Program-made: the position numbers and the translations under genes
Shown here: positions 1 through 12,460 of the stretch, in pieces
Position numbering within the stretch: position 1 is the stretch's first letter
How the letters are laid out: each line of letters begins with the position of its first letter
The notes under the pieces: generated by a model
The model's input: the letters and a program-made list of their open reading frames with translations, nothing else
Told to the model about the DNA's origin: nothing
The model's database searches: none
Assembly: GCA_951406725.2 (NCBI GenBank)
Contig: OX597835.1
Span: forward strand, 23,808,001 to 23,872,000
Origin: Octopus vulgaris
Lineage: Eukaryota
Length of the DNA stretch: 64,000 nucleotides
Direction of reading: 5' to 3'

Positions 1-229
1 TCATTATTATTATTATTATTCAGTAGTTTTATTTTTTATAGCGTGCTTTCACTTCACTACCGAGCGCAGCTCTGTGTGCCTTGGGTATGTGCTGTGATTT
101 GTTGTGATGCTCTGATGGTTATTGTATGGAAAGTGTTCTGCGTAGGATGTGTGCAGTGCCTAGTAGTGCAATTTTCTGTATGTTATATGTGTTTGTAAGA
201 CCTGGTGTTTTTGTTATGTATTTGTCTGA

Positions 230-292
<63 letters not shown>

Positions 293-294
<2 letters not shown>

Positions 295-890
295 GGTGGT
301 GAGCTGGCAGAATTGTTAGTGCGCTGGGTGAAATGCTTAGCAGTATTTTGCCTGTTGCTATATTCTGAGTTCAAATTCTGCCAAGGTTGACTTTGCCTTT
401 CATCCTTTCGGAGTTGATAAATTAAGTACCAGTTGAGTACTGGGGGGTCGATGTGATCGACTGTCCCCCTCCCCACAAAATCCAGGCCTTGTGCTTATAG
501 TAGAAAAGATTATTATTAAGGTGAAATGCTTAGTGGTATTTCATCTGCCGTTACATTGTGAGTTCAAATTCTGCTGAGGTCGACTTTGCCTTTCATCCTT
601 TCGGGGTTGATAAATTAAGCACCAGTTATGCACTGGGGTCGATGTAATCGGCTTAATACCTATGTCTGTCCTTGTCTGTCCCCTCTATGTTTAGCCCCTT
701 GTGGGCAGTAAAGAAAGAGGTATTTCGTCTGTCTTCACATTCTGAGTTCAAATTACTCCAAGGACAACTTTGCCTTTCATACTTTCGGGGGTGTCAATAA
801 ATTAAGTACCAGTGAAACACTGGGGTCGATGTAATTGATTAGAATCCTCCCCACAACTTTCGGACCTTATCTCTTTAATATGAAGGATTA
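293..890 (+). mobile_element. Tandem copies of tRNA-headed SINE family A (other copies about 3528-3825, 13107-13525, 17588-17797(-), 18200-18518(-), 25870-26286(-), 34620-34790(-), 37520-37895, 56090-56460)
   Basis: Recurrent GAGCTGGCAGAA...GAGTTCAAATTC (box B)...GTCGACTTTGCCTTTCATCCTTTCGGGG...AAGTACCAG with (ATT)n tails. Confidence 0.85.
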
Positions 891-1015
891 TTATTATTAT
901 CAAAAGGGTTAAAGAGAAATGAACAGGGGGGAGAAGTTATGATAGAACAATGTCTTACAGAAAGGAGGAGGAGGAGGAGGAGATAACAATAATATTTAAT
1001 GTTTTTCTGTTCCAG

Positions 1016-1094
1016 GTCTTTGAATTTATGGCTGACTGTATCAAAGACTTTTTAACTTACGATAACCTTGATAAATGTGGACGTCTGCCATTGG
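1016..1094 (+). CDS. HK: Hexokinase exon ([27 protein letters not shown])
   Basis: tccag acceptor, G|gtaaac donor, phase 1 matching the next exon. Confidence 0.85.
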
Positions 1095-4000
1095 GTAAAC
1101 TGACTTCTGTTAATTCTAGAAATATCTTAACATCTTTTAAATCTTCTTTTTCTTTCCTTTCTGCTCCTCCTTTTGTATTTTTTGTCTTCCCTTTCTGTAT
1201 TCTTTTCCTTGTCCTCTTCTGCCCTCCCTCCTCCCTCCTCCCCTCCCATCTCATCTCCCCTCCTTCCTCCTCTTTCTTCATCACCCACCCCCTTTCTTCT
1301 TCACTTTTTTGGCTTTTGTTTTTCCCCTCATTTTCTTTTTAAAACCATACTGTCTTATTAGGTGTGAAGGCACGGTGGCTGAATCGTTAAGGTGTATGTC
1401 GCATTGGTTATAAGACTGTAAGTTCAGTTCCTGGACTGGGCAGCACATTTTGTGTCCTTGAGCGAGCCACTACTTTGTTCCAGAAGTCTGCACATCTGTA
1501 CTGAGAACCAACCAGGTGCTGGTACAGCCCTCTCTCTGTCCAGTTGTCACATACTGGACGTCTGCTGGATTTAAAGATAAGCAGGGCTGAGAGGGTTTCT
1601 GTGTCTGCCTCTGACTACACAAGCATCTAAAGCAATTAGTGAAAGCATGGTACATGTAAAGCTTAAAAGCTTAATCATCCCCTTCAGTCACGAATGACCA
1701 TGGGATTGCACCTAGAAAGTTACCCTACAAGGCACAAGTCCCGGCAAGGTTGTTTATGGAAGACCAGTAGTCGCCCATGCATGCCAGCCTCTCCTCTCCA
1801 CTCCACTCCACTGATGTTATCCAAGGGAAAAGTAAAGGTTGATACAGTTTGGGACCAGTGACGTTGCAGCTCATATTTCTAAAGCTGAGTGAACTAGAGT
1901 AATATGAAATAAAGTGTCTTGCTCAAGAATACAATACACAGAACTGAACTCACTACCTCAGGATTGTGAGCCTGGTGCTCTGAGCCATGCAACACAAACC
2001 ATAATCACCCACAAGTGACAGCTGGTTGTACTCTACTGTATTAGATTGGATTGCACTGACTGATATTCACTTTAGAACAGTGATTCCCAGTATGGGGCAC
2101 ATTTCGCCCCACCAGTGGGGCCTGGGGAAATTGCGACTGAGCATGGTGCCCTAGTCATCAGGCACAAGGTTCTCATTAAAGTGAATCACTTTTTTCTTCT
2201 TAGTCAATAATGTCCTTTTCCTTGTACTCAGCACTTAATAAAAGACATGTCCGGTAAGTTCATTGTCATCAATTCCCCATCGGGAAAGTTCACCGTCATC
2301 AATTTACTGCTTTCTTTTTTTTTTCAATAAAAATGTTTTCCGCTATTAACCCTTTCGTTACCAACCCGGCTGAAACCGGCTCTGGTTCTGAGTACAAATG
2401 TCTTGTTTTCATAAGTTTTGAATTAAAATCTTCCACCAAACTTTAGTCACAATTTATGTTCCTAACACTAGCTGAATGATAACTAAGTTATTTTACTGAA
2501 TTCTTTGTTATAGTTAAAGTAATTGAAAGAAACACAGGGCATCTCAAAATACAGTAATGAAAGGGTTAATGGTGAAATATTAATGGTGGATATATTTTCT
2601 TGGTAAACTTTCCTTGTGAAATTGATGGTGGTGAACTCTCCTGCAATGAATTGATGGTGTGAACTTATCTGTAATTAATAAAAGAATTACCAGCAGATTT
2701 TTTTGTATGAAATAATTGTGATAAAATATTAATAAATAAAGTTTTTTTTCCAACTACCAGTGGGACATACAGTTTTCTGGAAAGTTATAGTGGGTCCTAG
2801 GGGAAAATGGGTTGGGAAACACTGGCTTAGAACTACTAAGCACAGACAGGAAGGAAAGTCCTGCAAGTGTGAAGGGTTAGTTTAAATAGCCACTTGAGGG
2901 CCGAATGCTCTGCCCCATAATCATTAGACATGAAGAAACTGCTTCCATCATTACTTTATTAGGCATATTGAAGTGTGTGTGTCTGTGTGTGCATGTATCT
3001 ATGATTACAAGCACCAACAATTTGGCCTCTTTGAATGTCCAATAGATCTGTCATTTTAATGAATTTTAATTACCTTTTTCTTATGATATCTGAAAAGAAG
3101 CAGCAATTTTAGCAAAACATATTAAGCAACACTAATAATAAATTGAAAAATATAAAACTAAACAAGCTTTTGATGGTTTTATAGATATTTCAAAATTATG
3201 ATGCTATGATGCTAGGTGTTTCCATTATTTTGTCCAACCTCTGTATGTGTGTGTATATCTGTTTCTGTGTGTGGACCATACAGTGATTAAGTAAATCATA
3301 CAGCCACCTCCTAATTAATTAAACTGAACTAAATCTAATCCCTTCCATTGCATTCAGGCTTCACATTTTCATTTCCCTCAACAAAGAAGAGTCTGACCGA
3401 TGTGGAACTGATTATCTGGACGAAAACCTTCAAATGCACCGATGGCCCTGGAATGAACGTTGGTCAAACACTTGAAGACTGCTTGAAGAGAAAGGTTTGT
3501 GGTTAACCTTCCTTTGTTTCTATGTTCCGGGCGAAATGCTTAGCGGTATTTCGTCTGCCGTTACGTTCTGGGTTCAAATTCCGCCGAGGTCGACTTTGCC
3601 TTTCATCCTTTCGGGGTCAATAAATTAAGTACCAGTTACGCACTGGGGTCAATGTAATTGACTTAATCCGTTTGTCTGTCCTTGTTTGTCCCCTCTGTGT
3701 TTAGCCCCTTGTGGGTAGTAAAGAAGTAGGTATTTCATCTGCCATTACGTTCTGAGTTCAAATTCCACCAACGTTGACTTCGCCTTTCATCCTTTCGGGA
3801 TTGATTAAATAAGTACCAGTTAGGCACTGAGTGATGATGATAGAGATGATGATGATGATGAAGTGATGATAATAATGATGGTGGTTGTGTTGGTGTTGGT
3901 GGTGTGATTGCTTGATGCTGAAGGTTGTGATAATGATAATGTGGTGGAAGTGATGGTATTGATGATGATGATGATGATGATAATGATGGTAGCAGTATGA

Positions 4001-6910
4001 TTGCTGCTGGAGATGATGACAATAATAATGATGATAGGGATAATGGAGTTAGTGATGATGGTGACAATAGCAATGATGATGATATTTCTCTGTCTTTGTC
4101 TTTCTCTCTCAACAGAATATTCCAGTTGATTTGGTGGCAATAATAAGTGATGTTACAGCCGCCTTGGTCGCTGGTCATTACTTGGACAAGCAAAGTTGTA
4201 TTGGACTCATTCTTGGTATGTATGTATATATATATGTGTATATATATATAAATTTTTTTTTCGTAATGAGATAAAAAACCAAGGGTGTGTAGATTTTAGA
4301 ACATTTATAGATAGAAGGTCTTACAGCTGTTTCAAGGATTTTTATTATATCCCTTCATCAGAGACGGTGTGATAGGATGGTTAAGTAATGGTTAATTTAG
4401 ATAAAATACAAAATAGAGAGTGAGGTGGAGGAAAGAAAATAGATGTGAGATATGTAGGGATATTGTATTTGTAGATCCATTTTTTTTTTTAGGCAGAATG
4501 GTATACCTATAAGATTCCAATACCTTATGAATAAAATCCAATAGTATTTAAAATTGGTCATTCCAAGTATAGAGTTTATACACAGTGTTATTGAATCAAA
4601 CCCTTGATTTCTTTTTGCCAAACTGCTTAGTTACAGGGGATGTAAGCAAACCAACACTGGGTGTCAAGTGGTGGTTGGGAATAAACACACACACACACAC
4701 AGATGCACACACACATACAGATGCACACACACACAGATGCACACACACATACAGATGCACACACACATACAGATGCTCACATACATACAGATGCACACAC
4801 ACACAGATGCACACACACATACAGATGCACACACACACAGATGCACACACACATACAGATGCACACACACACAGATGCACACACACATACAGATGCACAC
4901 ACACACAGATGCACACACACATACAGATGCACACACACAGATGCACACACACATACAGATGCACACACACATACAGATGCACACACACACACAGATGCAC
5001 ACACACACACACATATGCACACACACACAAACCCTGTAAACCTAACCTCATTTCTTCTACCTGTTCTCTATTTTACCAAGGAACTGGCTGTAATGTCTGC
5101 TACATAGAAAATGTTAAATCCATCGAGAAATGGCAAAGTGAGCCAGACAAATCAAAAAAGGTTTTTATTTGATGTTTCCCTGTTAATGTCTGTATTTTGT
5201 TCTTTTTCTGTGCAACCATCTCTATGTATGTATGTATGTAGTGGGGGTGCAAAAGTAGGTATACAGTAAGTATCACATCAAAGTTATAATACTTAATTCA
5301 TTAAAACTATTAGCTCATTAAATTAGACCCATTTTTGATATTTTCAGTGTCATTAATCATAATAATATATTTATCATAACTATAATAATACTTTTATCGT
5401 AACTTAAAATTTTTTTTGATAAAAACAAATGACTATTGTATGTGTTTTCTTTTTTTCATAACTGTATACCTACTTTTGCACCACTCCTGTATATATGTAT
5501 ATATGTTTGTAGTGAAGATGTGTGGCTGAGTGGTTAGGGTATTCAGCTCATGATGATAAGGTTGTGATTTCGAATCCTGGCTGTGCATTGTGTTCTTGAA
5601 CAAGACACTTTATTTCACATTGCTCCAGTCCACTCTGCTGGCAAAAATGAGTAGAGCCAGTATTTCAAAGGGGCCAACCTTGTCACTCTCTGTGTCATGC
5701 TGAATATCCCTGAGAGCTACATTAAGGGTACACATGTTTGTGGGCATTAATTTTACAGGCAGCTTTTTCATTAATTGGATCAGCTGGAAAACTTGTTGTC
5801 GTAACCAATGGAGTGCCAGTTATATGTGTATGTACAGTGGGGAGAAATAAATATTCGTACATGTCAAAATTCTTTATTTGTTTAATTTCTAATGAACATA
5901 AATGGGATATACCAATACTATATTTGCATACACGTGCATAAACAAAGAATATGCAAAAGAAACTAATAAATTATAGTAACTAAGGAATTTATATACCTTA
6001 TTTGCCAACAGACACAAAGACACACATGGATATATACATATCTGATGGGCTTCTTTCAGTTTCCATCTACTAAATCCACTTACAAGGCTTTGGTCAGGCC
6101 AGGACTTAGAGTAGAAGATACTTACCCAAAGTGCCACAGAGTGGAACTGAACCCAGAACCATGTGGTTGGGAAGCCAACTTCTTACCATATCACACACTT
6201 TGCAGAGAAACTGTCCTGATACATATTCATGGTCTCGTAAGGCATAGGCCCCAGATTTTATATTTTCCCTTTGAACCCCAAATCCATTCAGTATTTGCCC
6301 TTTATTTTTACAGGTCATCATCAATATTGAATGGGGAGGTCTGTCTGATACTGGATGCCTGAGTTTCATCCAAAATGAATTCGACTACGAAGTAGATAAA
6401 CTATCCAACCATGTTAACTCGTTCACGTATGTAAACCTTATTTCCTTCCTTGAACACATGATCTCCTTGTCTTTGAACAATTTCACGGTTCTTTCTTTTC
6501 TTTGTTTTCAAATAAACTAGTAAAAAACACTGATCCTTCATTCCACACAAAAAGCTCTGGTAACGGCGCCATGTAAAAAGCACTGGTAATATGGTACTGT
6601 GTAAAAATATGTAAATGGTAATGAAATAGTTAGTAATGATTATCATCATCATCATCAACATTTAACATCCATTTTCCATGCTGGCATGGGGGTTAGATGG
6701 CTTGACAGCAACAGGCAAGGCCAGGGGCTGTAACAGGTTCCATTGTCTGCTTGGACTTGATTTCTACAGCTGGAGGCCCTTCTTCACACTAACCACTCTA
6801 CAGAGTGAACTGGGTGCTTTTTACATGGCACCACCATCAGTGTTTTTTTATGTGGCACCAGCACCCACACCAATGCTTGTCACATGGCACCTTGGTTTTA
6901 AGCGCTTATG

Positions 6911-6950
<40 letters not shown>

Positions 6951-8602
6951 TAATAATCGATAATAATATTAATAACAACAATAATAATAATAATTTCAAA
7001 TTTTGACATAAGGCCAGCAATTTTGGGGGAGGGGGTAAGTTGCTAATGATTCTGCCAGCTCACCATCTTAATAATGATGATAATAAAGTAATCCCTCAAC
7101 TGTTGCGGGTGTTACGTTCCAAAAACCCTTGTGGTAGGTGAAGATCCACAAAGTAGAAACAGTACTCTACTCTCTCTTTTACTCTTTTACTTGTTTCAGT
7201 CATTTGACTGTGGCCATGCTGGAGCATCACCTTTAGTCGAGCAACTCGACCTCAGGATTTATTCTTTGTAAGCCTAGTACTTATTCTATCGGTCTCTGTT
7301 GCTGAACTGCTAAGTTAATGGGACGTAAACACACCACCATCGGTTGTCAAGTGATGTTGGGGGGACAAACATAGACACACACACATATCATCATCATCAT
7401 CATCATCATCATTTAATGTCCGCTTTCCATGCTAGCATGGGTTGGACGGTTCAACTGGGGTCTGGGAAGCCAGAAGGCTGCGCCAGGCCCAGTCTGATCT
7501 GGCAGTGTTTCTACAGCTGGATGCCCTTCCTAACACCAACAACTCCGAGAGTGTAGTGGGTGCTTTTTATGTGCCACCTGCACAGGTGCCAGACGAGGCT
7601 GGCAAATGGCCACGATTGGATGGTGCTTTTTACGTGCCACCGGCACGGGGTCCAGACGAGGCTGGCAACGATACAACAGGCTTCTTTCAGTTTCTGTCTA
7701 CCAAATCAACTCACAAGTCTGAGGCTATAGTAGAAGACACTTGCCCAAGGTGCCACACAGTGGGAATGAACCCAGAACCATGTGGTTGGTAAGCAAGCTA
7801 CTTACCACAATATTTAAAAAATTACTTTTATAATTTATATTCATTTTATTATAAATACAAAACAACACCATGGAGGAATTGATTTAAGCTTAAATAATAA
7901 ACCGCGATAGGTGAACCGTGATATGGTGAGGGAATAATGTAATAATAATGATGTTAATTATTTTTTTATTTTTCTACATTTTTAATTACAGGTATGAGAA
8001 AATGTTTTCAGGTCTTTATCTTGGTGAATTGGTGCGGCAGGTTTTGGCCGACCTGACAAAGAAGAAAATCCTGTTTAAAGGTGAGGGGTCTGACAAGCTA
8101 TTTACCCCCTGGTCATGGGACTCATCAAAAGTATCAGACATCGAAAGGTATGCAAATTCCTATTTTATATTTATTTATATATTTTCAAAATTATTTTTGT
8201 AAATGGTTTAAAAATTGGTTGCTGGTGTGGCTGTGTGGTGAAGATGTTTGCTTCCCAGTCACATGGTTTTGGGTTCGGTCCCACTGCATGGTACCTCGGG
8301 CAAGTGTCTTCTACTCTAGGTGACCAAAGCTCTGTGAGTGGACTTGGTTGATGAAAACTGAAAGAGAACCATTATGTGTGTGTGTGTGTGTGTGTGAGTG
8401 TGCATGCATGCATGTGTGTGTGTGTGTGTTTGTGTGTGTGTTTGTGCTTGTGTGTTTGTGTGTATGCTTGTGTGTGTGTGTGTGTGTTTGTGTATGTGTG
8501 TGTTTGTGCTTGTTGTGTGTGTGTTTTTGTGTGTGTGTGCATGTGTTTGTGTGTGAGCATGCACGTGTGAGTGTGTGTGTGTGTGTTTGTGTGTGCTTGT
8601 TT

Positions 8603-8633
<31 letters not shown>

Positions 8634-10225
8634 ATCGTGTTTGTGTGTATGAGTGTGTGTGTGTTTGTGTATGTGTGTGTGTGTTTGTACTTGTGTGTGT
8701 GTTTGTGTGTTTTTGTGTGTGCAAGTGTGGGCATGTGTGTGTGAGAGCATGCATGTGTATAAGTGTGTGTGTGTTGGCATCTTGAATTTTGTGTGAAAGT
8801 TGTAAATGATCATCTTCTGGATTAATGTTGACTAGCATTGATTCAAATGTTCAGCAGAATGGAAACACATCTTTGTGAAACCCTGTCATCATTGATTCCA
8901 TGTTTGCAAAGTTGGGCCAGTACTTGTGTGGGGCCACATATAACATTCTGGGTTAACCTTCCCTTCTTGGACATGTGTGTGGCTGTGTGTGTAACCCAAA
9001 GAAATTCATCAAAACTAAATGAATGATTAGAACTGTTGTTGTTGTTTTAGAGACAAAGATGGAAGTGATGAAAATACCAAGAAAGCTCTCGATTCCTTTG
9101 ATCTTGGAGGAGTAACATCAAAGAGGGATCTGGTACTCACTCAGTTTGTCTGTTCCTTCATGTCTCAAAGAGGAGCCTATGTACTGTCAGCAGGTAACTT
9201 CATTCATTCATATTTTGTACCTCACCCCCACCAAGCCCTCTTCCCTTAACCCTTTTGGTACCAAATTCTGTTGAAATGCACTGACTTTGTTTCAATTAAT
9301 TTTCACTGTCATCAAGAATTTGGTAAATGCTGTCATTATTAACCCTTTTGATACCAACCCGGCTAAAACCACCTCTGGCTCTGTAGTACAAATGTCTTGT
9401 TTTTAAAAGTTCTGAATTAAAATCTTCCACCAAACCTTAGTCACAATTTGTGTTCCTAACACTAACTTATTGATAACTAAGTTATTTTACTAAATTCTTT
9501 GTTATATTTAAAATTAATTGAAAGAAACACAGAGCATCTCAACAGTAATATGGTAACAAAAGGGTTAAAATATATAATATAGAAACAATTCTTAATCCTT
9601 TTGATACCAAACCAGATGAAACCACCTCTGGCTCTGTAGTACAAATGTCTTGTTTTCAAAAGTTCTGAATTAAAATCTTCCACCAAACCTTAGTCACAAT
9701 TTATGTTCCTAACACTAGCTTAATGACAACTAAGTTATTTTACTAAATTCGTTGTTATATTTAAAATAACTGAAAGAAACACAGAGCATCTCAAAATAAA
9801 TACAGTAACGAAAAGGCTAAGCTGATGTTTAGAACAAAAATTGAATTGAAATTTTGATGGGAGATTTTAATTTAGACCGCCTTAAAAGAAAAAAAAATTG
9901 TCCCATAGAGACAAAGGTGGTTTCAAGCACAGGTTGGTGTGTTTGTGAGGGTAAACTATTTAAAAATTGTAACTTGTCAGTTAAATTCCTTACAGAACTC
10001 TCTTTGTCTTGTTACCTGGTACCCTTAGGCTCCATCAAACTGCAACCACTATATTTCAACTAACCATAGCCACATTCTCATTTTCCTTTGGTAAGCTCTG
10101 CAAATGAGTGAAACTGGTCAGAATGTTATGTTAGCATATCTGAGTGAAATACTACACCTGTTTTTTGCCTTTTAATTTCTCAAGAAATGATTAGAACCAA
10201 GGTTATATGAACAGGAAGAGATGTG

Positions 10226-10262
<37 letters not shown>

Positions 10263-10512
10263 GCTCCACTCATGCTAGCACAGAAGGTGGATGTTAAATG
10301 ATGATGAAGATGATGATGATGATATATATTATATATACATATGTGATTTTTTCTTCTTTATGTCCAAAGGATTGGCTGCTGTAGTTGACCGAATAAACCA
10401 ACCAGAAGTTACAATAGCCGTTGATGGTTCCTTGTACGAGCAGCATCCAAAGTACCATGACTACATGTTATCTGTGATCCATACTCTTTCTCCACAGTCT
10501 AAGGTACAGCCA

Positions 10513-10546
<34 letters not shown>

Positions 10547-11104
10547 CATATATATATATATACACTAAAATTAATAAAAAGAGTACAGTTAACTTGTCAT
10601 GAGGAGTGAAAAATCTAACTCTTAGCTCTGTCTGCTTCTTCTCCTGGAGCAACGTGAAATAAAGTATCTTGCTCAAGAACATAACACACAGCCTGGTCCG
10701 GGAATCAAACTCACTGCCTCATGACTGTGAGCCCAACACTCTAACCATTGAGCCATGTGCCTTCACATGCAAAAGAAATGTAAAAAAGGGAGGTAATTCC
10801 TTTTTCTTTCTGTTTCTCCTACCATTTCTTGTTCATATATGAAGCTGATATGGTCCTGTGTTCCACATCAGTTGCAGCCAGTCCTTTTTGCCTTTTTACA
10901 AAGTCTATGTAACTTTCTAATTTTAGAATTAATCTCTCATTAATTTTACTCCTCTCAACTTTTTCCTGGACTCTGCCCAAAGTGTTGGACTTTCTACTCT
11001 CATGGCAAGTTCACTGTTCTTGCTTTATTGACTTTACTACACAGTATAAGTCTTTCAAGTCTTTCCAACACATAACAATACCAGCCTCATTCGAGACTGT
11101 TTGA

Positions 11105-11139
<35 letters not shown>

Positions 11140-12460
11140 AATTTAAAATTTTTTTCTCGTAAAGCCAAAATGTCAAAACAAATTATGAGAAATAATACAA
11201 GTCAATGATAAGTAGTTCTGCTTTGTATTTTGATATTCCGGGGTTAGGGCCACTTCTTCAGAAAATTTTTGGAGAAAGGGTCTTGTGTGCTGACTTCTGT
11301 ATTTTACAGCTTACAACACCATTTCTCCAAAGATTTCCTGAAGAAGGTGTCCTAACCCCAAAATACTGAAATACAAAGTAGAATTACAAACCATCAAATT
11401 TCTTATAACTTGCATTGTTTTAGCTTTATCAGAAAGAAAGTGAAAACATTTATACATATATCAGACTATGCTTCATGCAAACTATACTTATATACATATA
11501 TAAGGCAAAGACTGGTATAACTTGGCACCAGTGATGTTGCAACTCATTTCTACAGCTGAATGGACTGGATCAATGTAGAATGAAGTGTCTTGCTCAAGAC
11601 CATAGCACACAGACCGGTCTGGGAATTGAACTCATTAGCTCATGATTGTGAGCCAATGCTCTAACCACTGAGCCATGCGCTTTCACTTGCACAGGAAATC
11701 TGGTCCAAACGCTTGAAGCACTGAACTCAGGTGAAGTATCTAAGGACCAGCTGGATGTGTTAAATCAGGCGTTGTGTTAGCCCTATCATTCTAACTTGGA
11801 GAACCCGAGAATCAAATGATGTTGTTGTTGTTGGAGGTGGTATCAAACTGGCTGGTCTTAGTCCTACCACCTTAAGTTGTTAAGCCATTCATGAGCCAAC
11901 AAGGGAAAAAATTCTTGTGGTCAGCTGACCAAGAAATAGCAGCCAAATCTTAAAATAACATATTAATGTAATAAAATAAAAGAAACGTATTATATAATGC
12001 TGAATGCAATATGTGTAAAACAAATAAACAAATGATGGAATGGTCATGGTTGGAACACGCTTGATCAGATTTTCCAAACCATACTCTTAGTGTAACATGT
12101 TCAGCAAAACTCCATGTAATTCTTCACAATAATAATAATAATAATAATGATAATAAACATGAATACATGTTCTCAGAGATAAGCACACACAGACTCACAT
12201 TAACCTATATTTTCATATACAAGTGCACACTCCTGCATATTCACACACACACACACACATACAGACACACACACACACACTTGTATTGGTATAGGAATAT
12301 ACACTTACAAACACACATACTCACAAATGTATAAATTCAAAATGTTTTAAATCCTGTTAAATTTTCTTCTTTATTTTTTTTGCATTTTCAGACAAACATA
12401 GTTTTGGTGAAAGACTCCAGTGTGCAGGGATGTGCATTTGCTGCAGCAATCGTGGAATAA
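1016..12460 (+). CDS. HK: Hexokinase-family gene, 3' part (9 coding exons: 1016-1094, 3358-3494, 4116-4215, 5081-5160, 6314-6426, 7992-8147, 9051-9193, 10370-10503, 12392-12460); 5' exons upstream of window
   Basis: The hand-spliced exons keep frame across GT-AG junctions and give hexokinase motifs [40 protein letters not shown] and VDGSLY, ending at TAA 12458-12460. Confidence 0.93.
2078..2824. mobile_element. hAT-like MITE hosting nested insertions
   Basis: TIR CAGTGATTCCCA/TGGGAAACACTG; near-identical 8-bp flanks ctttagaa/gcttagaa. Confidence 0.55.
2350..2565. mobile_element. piggyBac-type MITE (further copies about 9343-9564, 9596-9817, 19611-19831, 42241-42445)
   Basis: TTAA TSD both sides; TIR CCCTTTCGTTAC...GTAATGAAAGGG. 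Confidence 0.8.
3358..3494 (+). CDS. HK: Hexokinase exon ([27 protein letters not shown]...CLKRK), sugar-binding motif
   Basis: ttcag acceptor, AAG|gtttgt donor; LGFTFSFP...WTK signature. Confidence 0.92.
4116..4215 (+). CDS. HK: Hexokinase exon ([34 protein letters not shown]), carries the catalytic Asp
   Basis: aacag acceptor, G|gtatgt donor; aligns to the VAVVNDTVGT...IGLIVG region. Confidence 0.88.
4318..4365 (-). ncRNA. Minimal type I hammerhead ribozyme motif (Penelope/retrozyme type), antisense in a hexokinase intron
   Basis: Minus strand reads GTCT-CTGATGA-AGGGAT(loop)ATCCTT-GAAA-CAGCTGTA-AGAC; palindromic stem III ACAGCTGT; GUA site. Confidence 0.72.
4684..5028. repeat. Minisatellite (CACACACA[TA]CAGATG)n, 14-18 bp units
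   Basis: Direct inspection. Confidence 0.9.
5081..5160 (+). CDS. HK: Hexokinase exon ([27 protein letters not shown])
   Basis: ccaag acceptor; GTGCN phosphate-2 motif; weak donor AAG|gttttt. Confidence 0.87.
6314..6426 (+). CDS. HK: Hexokinase exon ([38 protein letters not shown])
   Basis: tacag acceptor, AC|gtatgt donor; NxEWG motif. Confidence 0.92.
7992..8147 (+). CDS. HK: Hexokinase exon ([18 protein letters not shown]...KVSDIE)
   Basis: tacag acceptor, AG|gtatgc donor; EKMxSGxYLGExVR motif. Confidence 0.93.
8375..8775. repeat. Degenerate (TG)n tract
   Basis: Direct inspection. Confidence 0.9.
9051..9193 (+). CDS. HK: Hexokinase exon ([19 protein letters not shown]...[16 protein letters not shown])
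   Basis: tttag acceptor, G|gtaact donor; VCxxxSxRxA motif. Confidence 0.88.
10370..10503 (+). CDS. HK: Hexokinase exon ([29 protein letters not shown]...PQSK)
   Basis: caaag acceptor, AAG|gtacag donor; VDGSLY adenosine motif. Confidence 0.92.
12392..12460 (+). CDS. HK: Hexokinase last coding exon ([22 protein letters not shown])
   Basis: Strong polypyrimidine tract plus tttcag; aligns to the C-terminal EDGSGxGAA helix; TAA stop. Confidence 0.82.
   Translation, partial: TNIVLVKDSSVQGCAFAAAIVE

Noticed and set aside
4585-5172. His/Thr- and Cys/Val-rich ORFs (likewise 8311-8838, 15809-16240, 16571-16969, 27887-28185)
   Set aside because: These are translations of CA/TG, TA and TCTA microsatellites.
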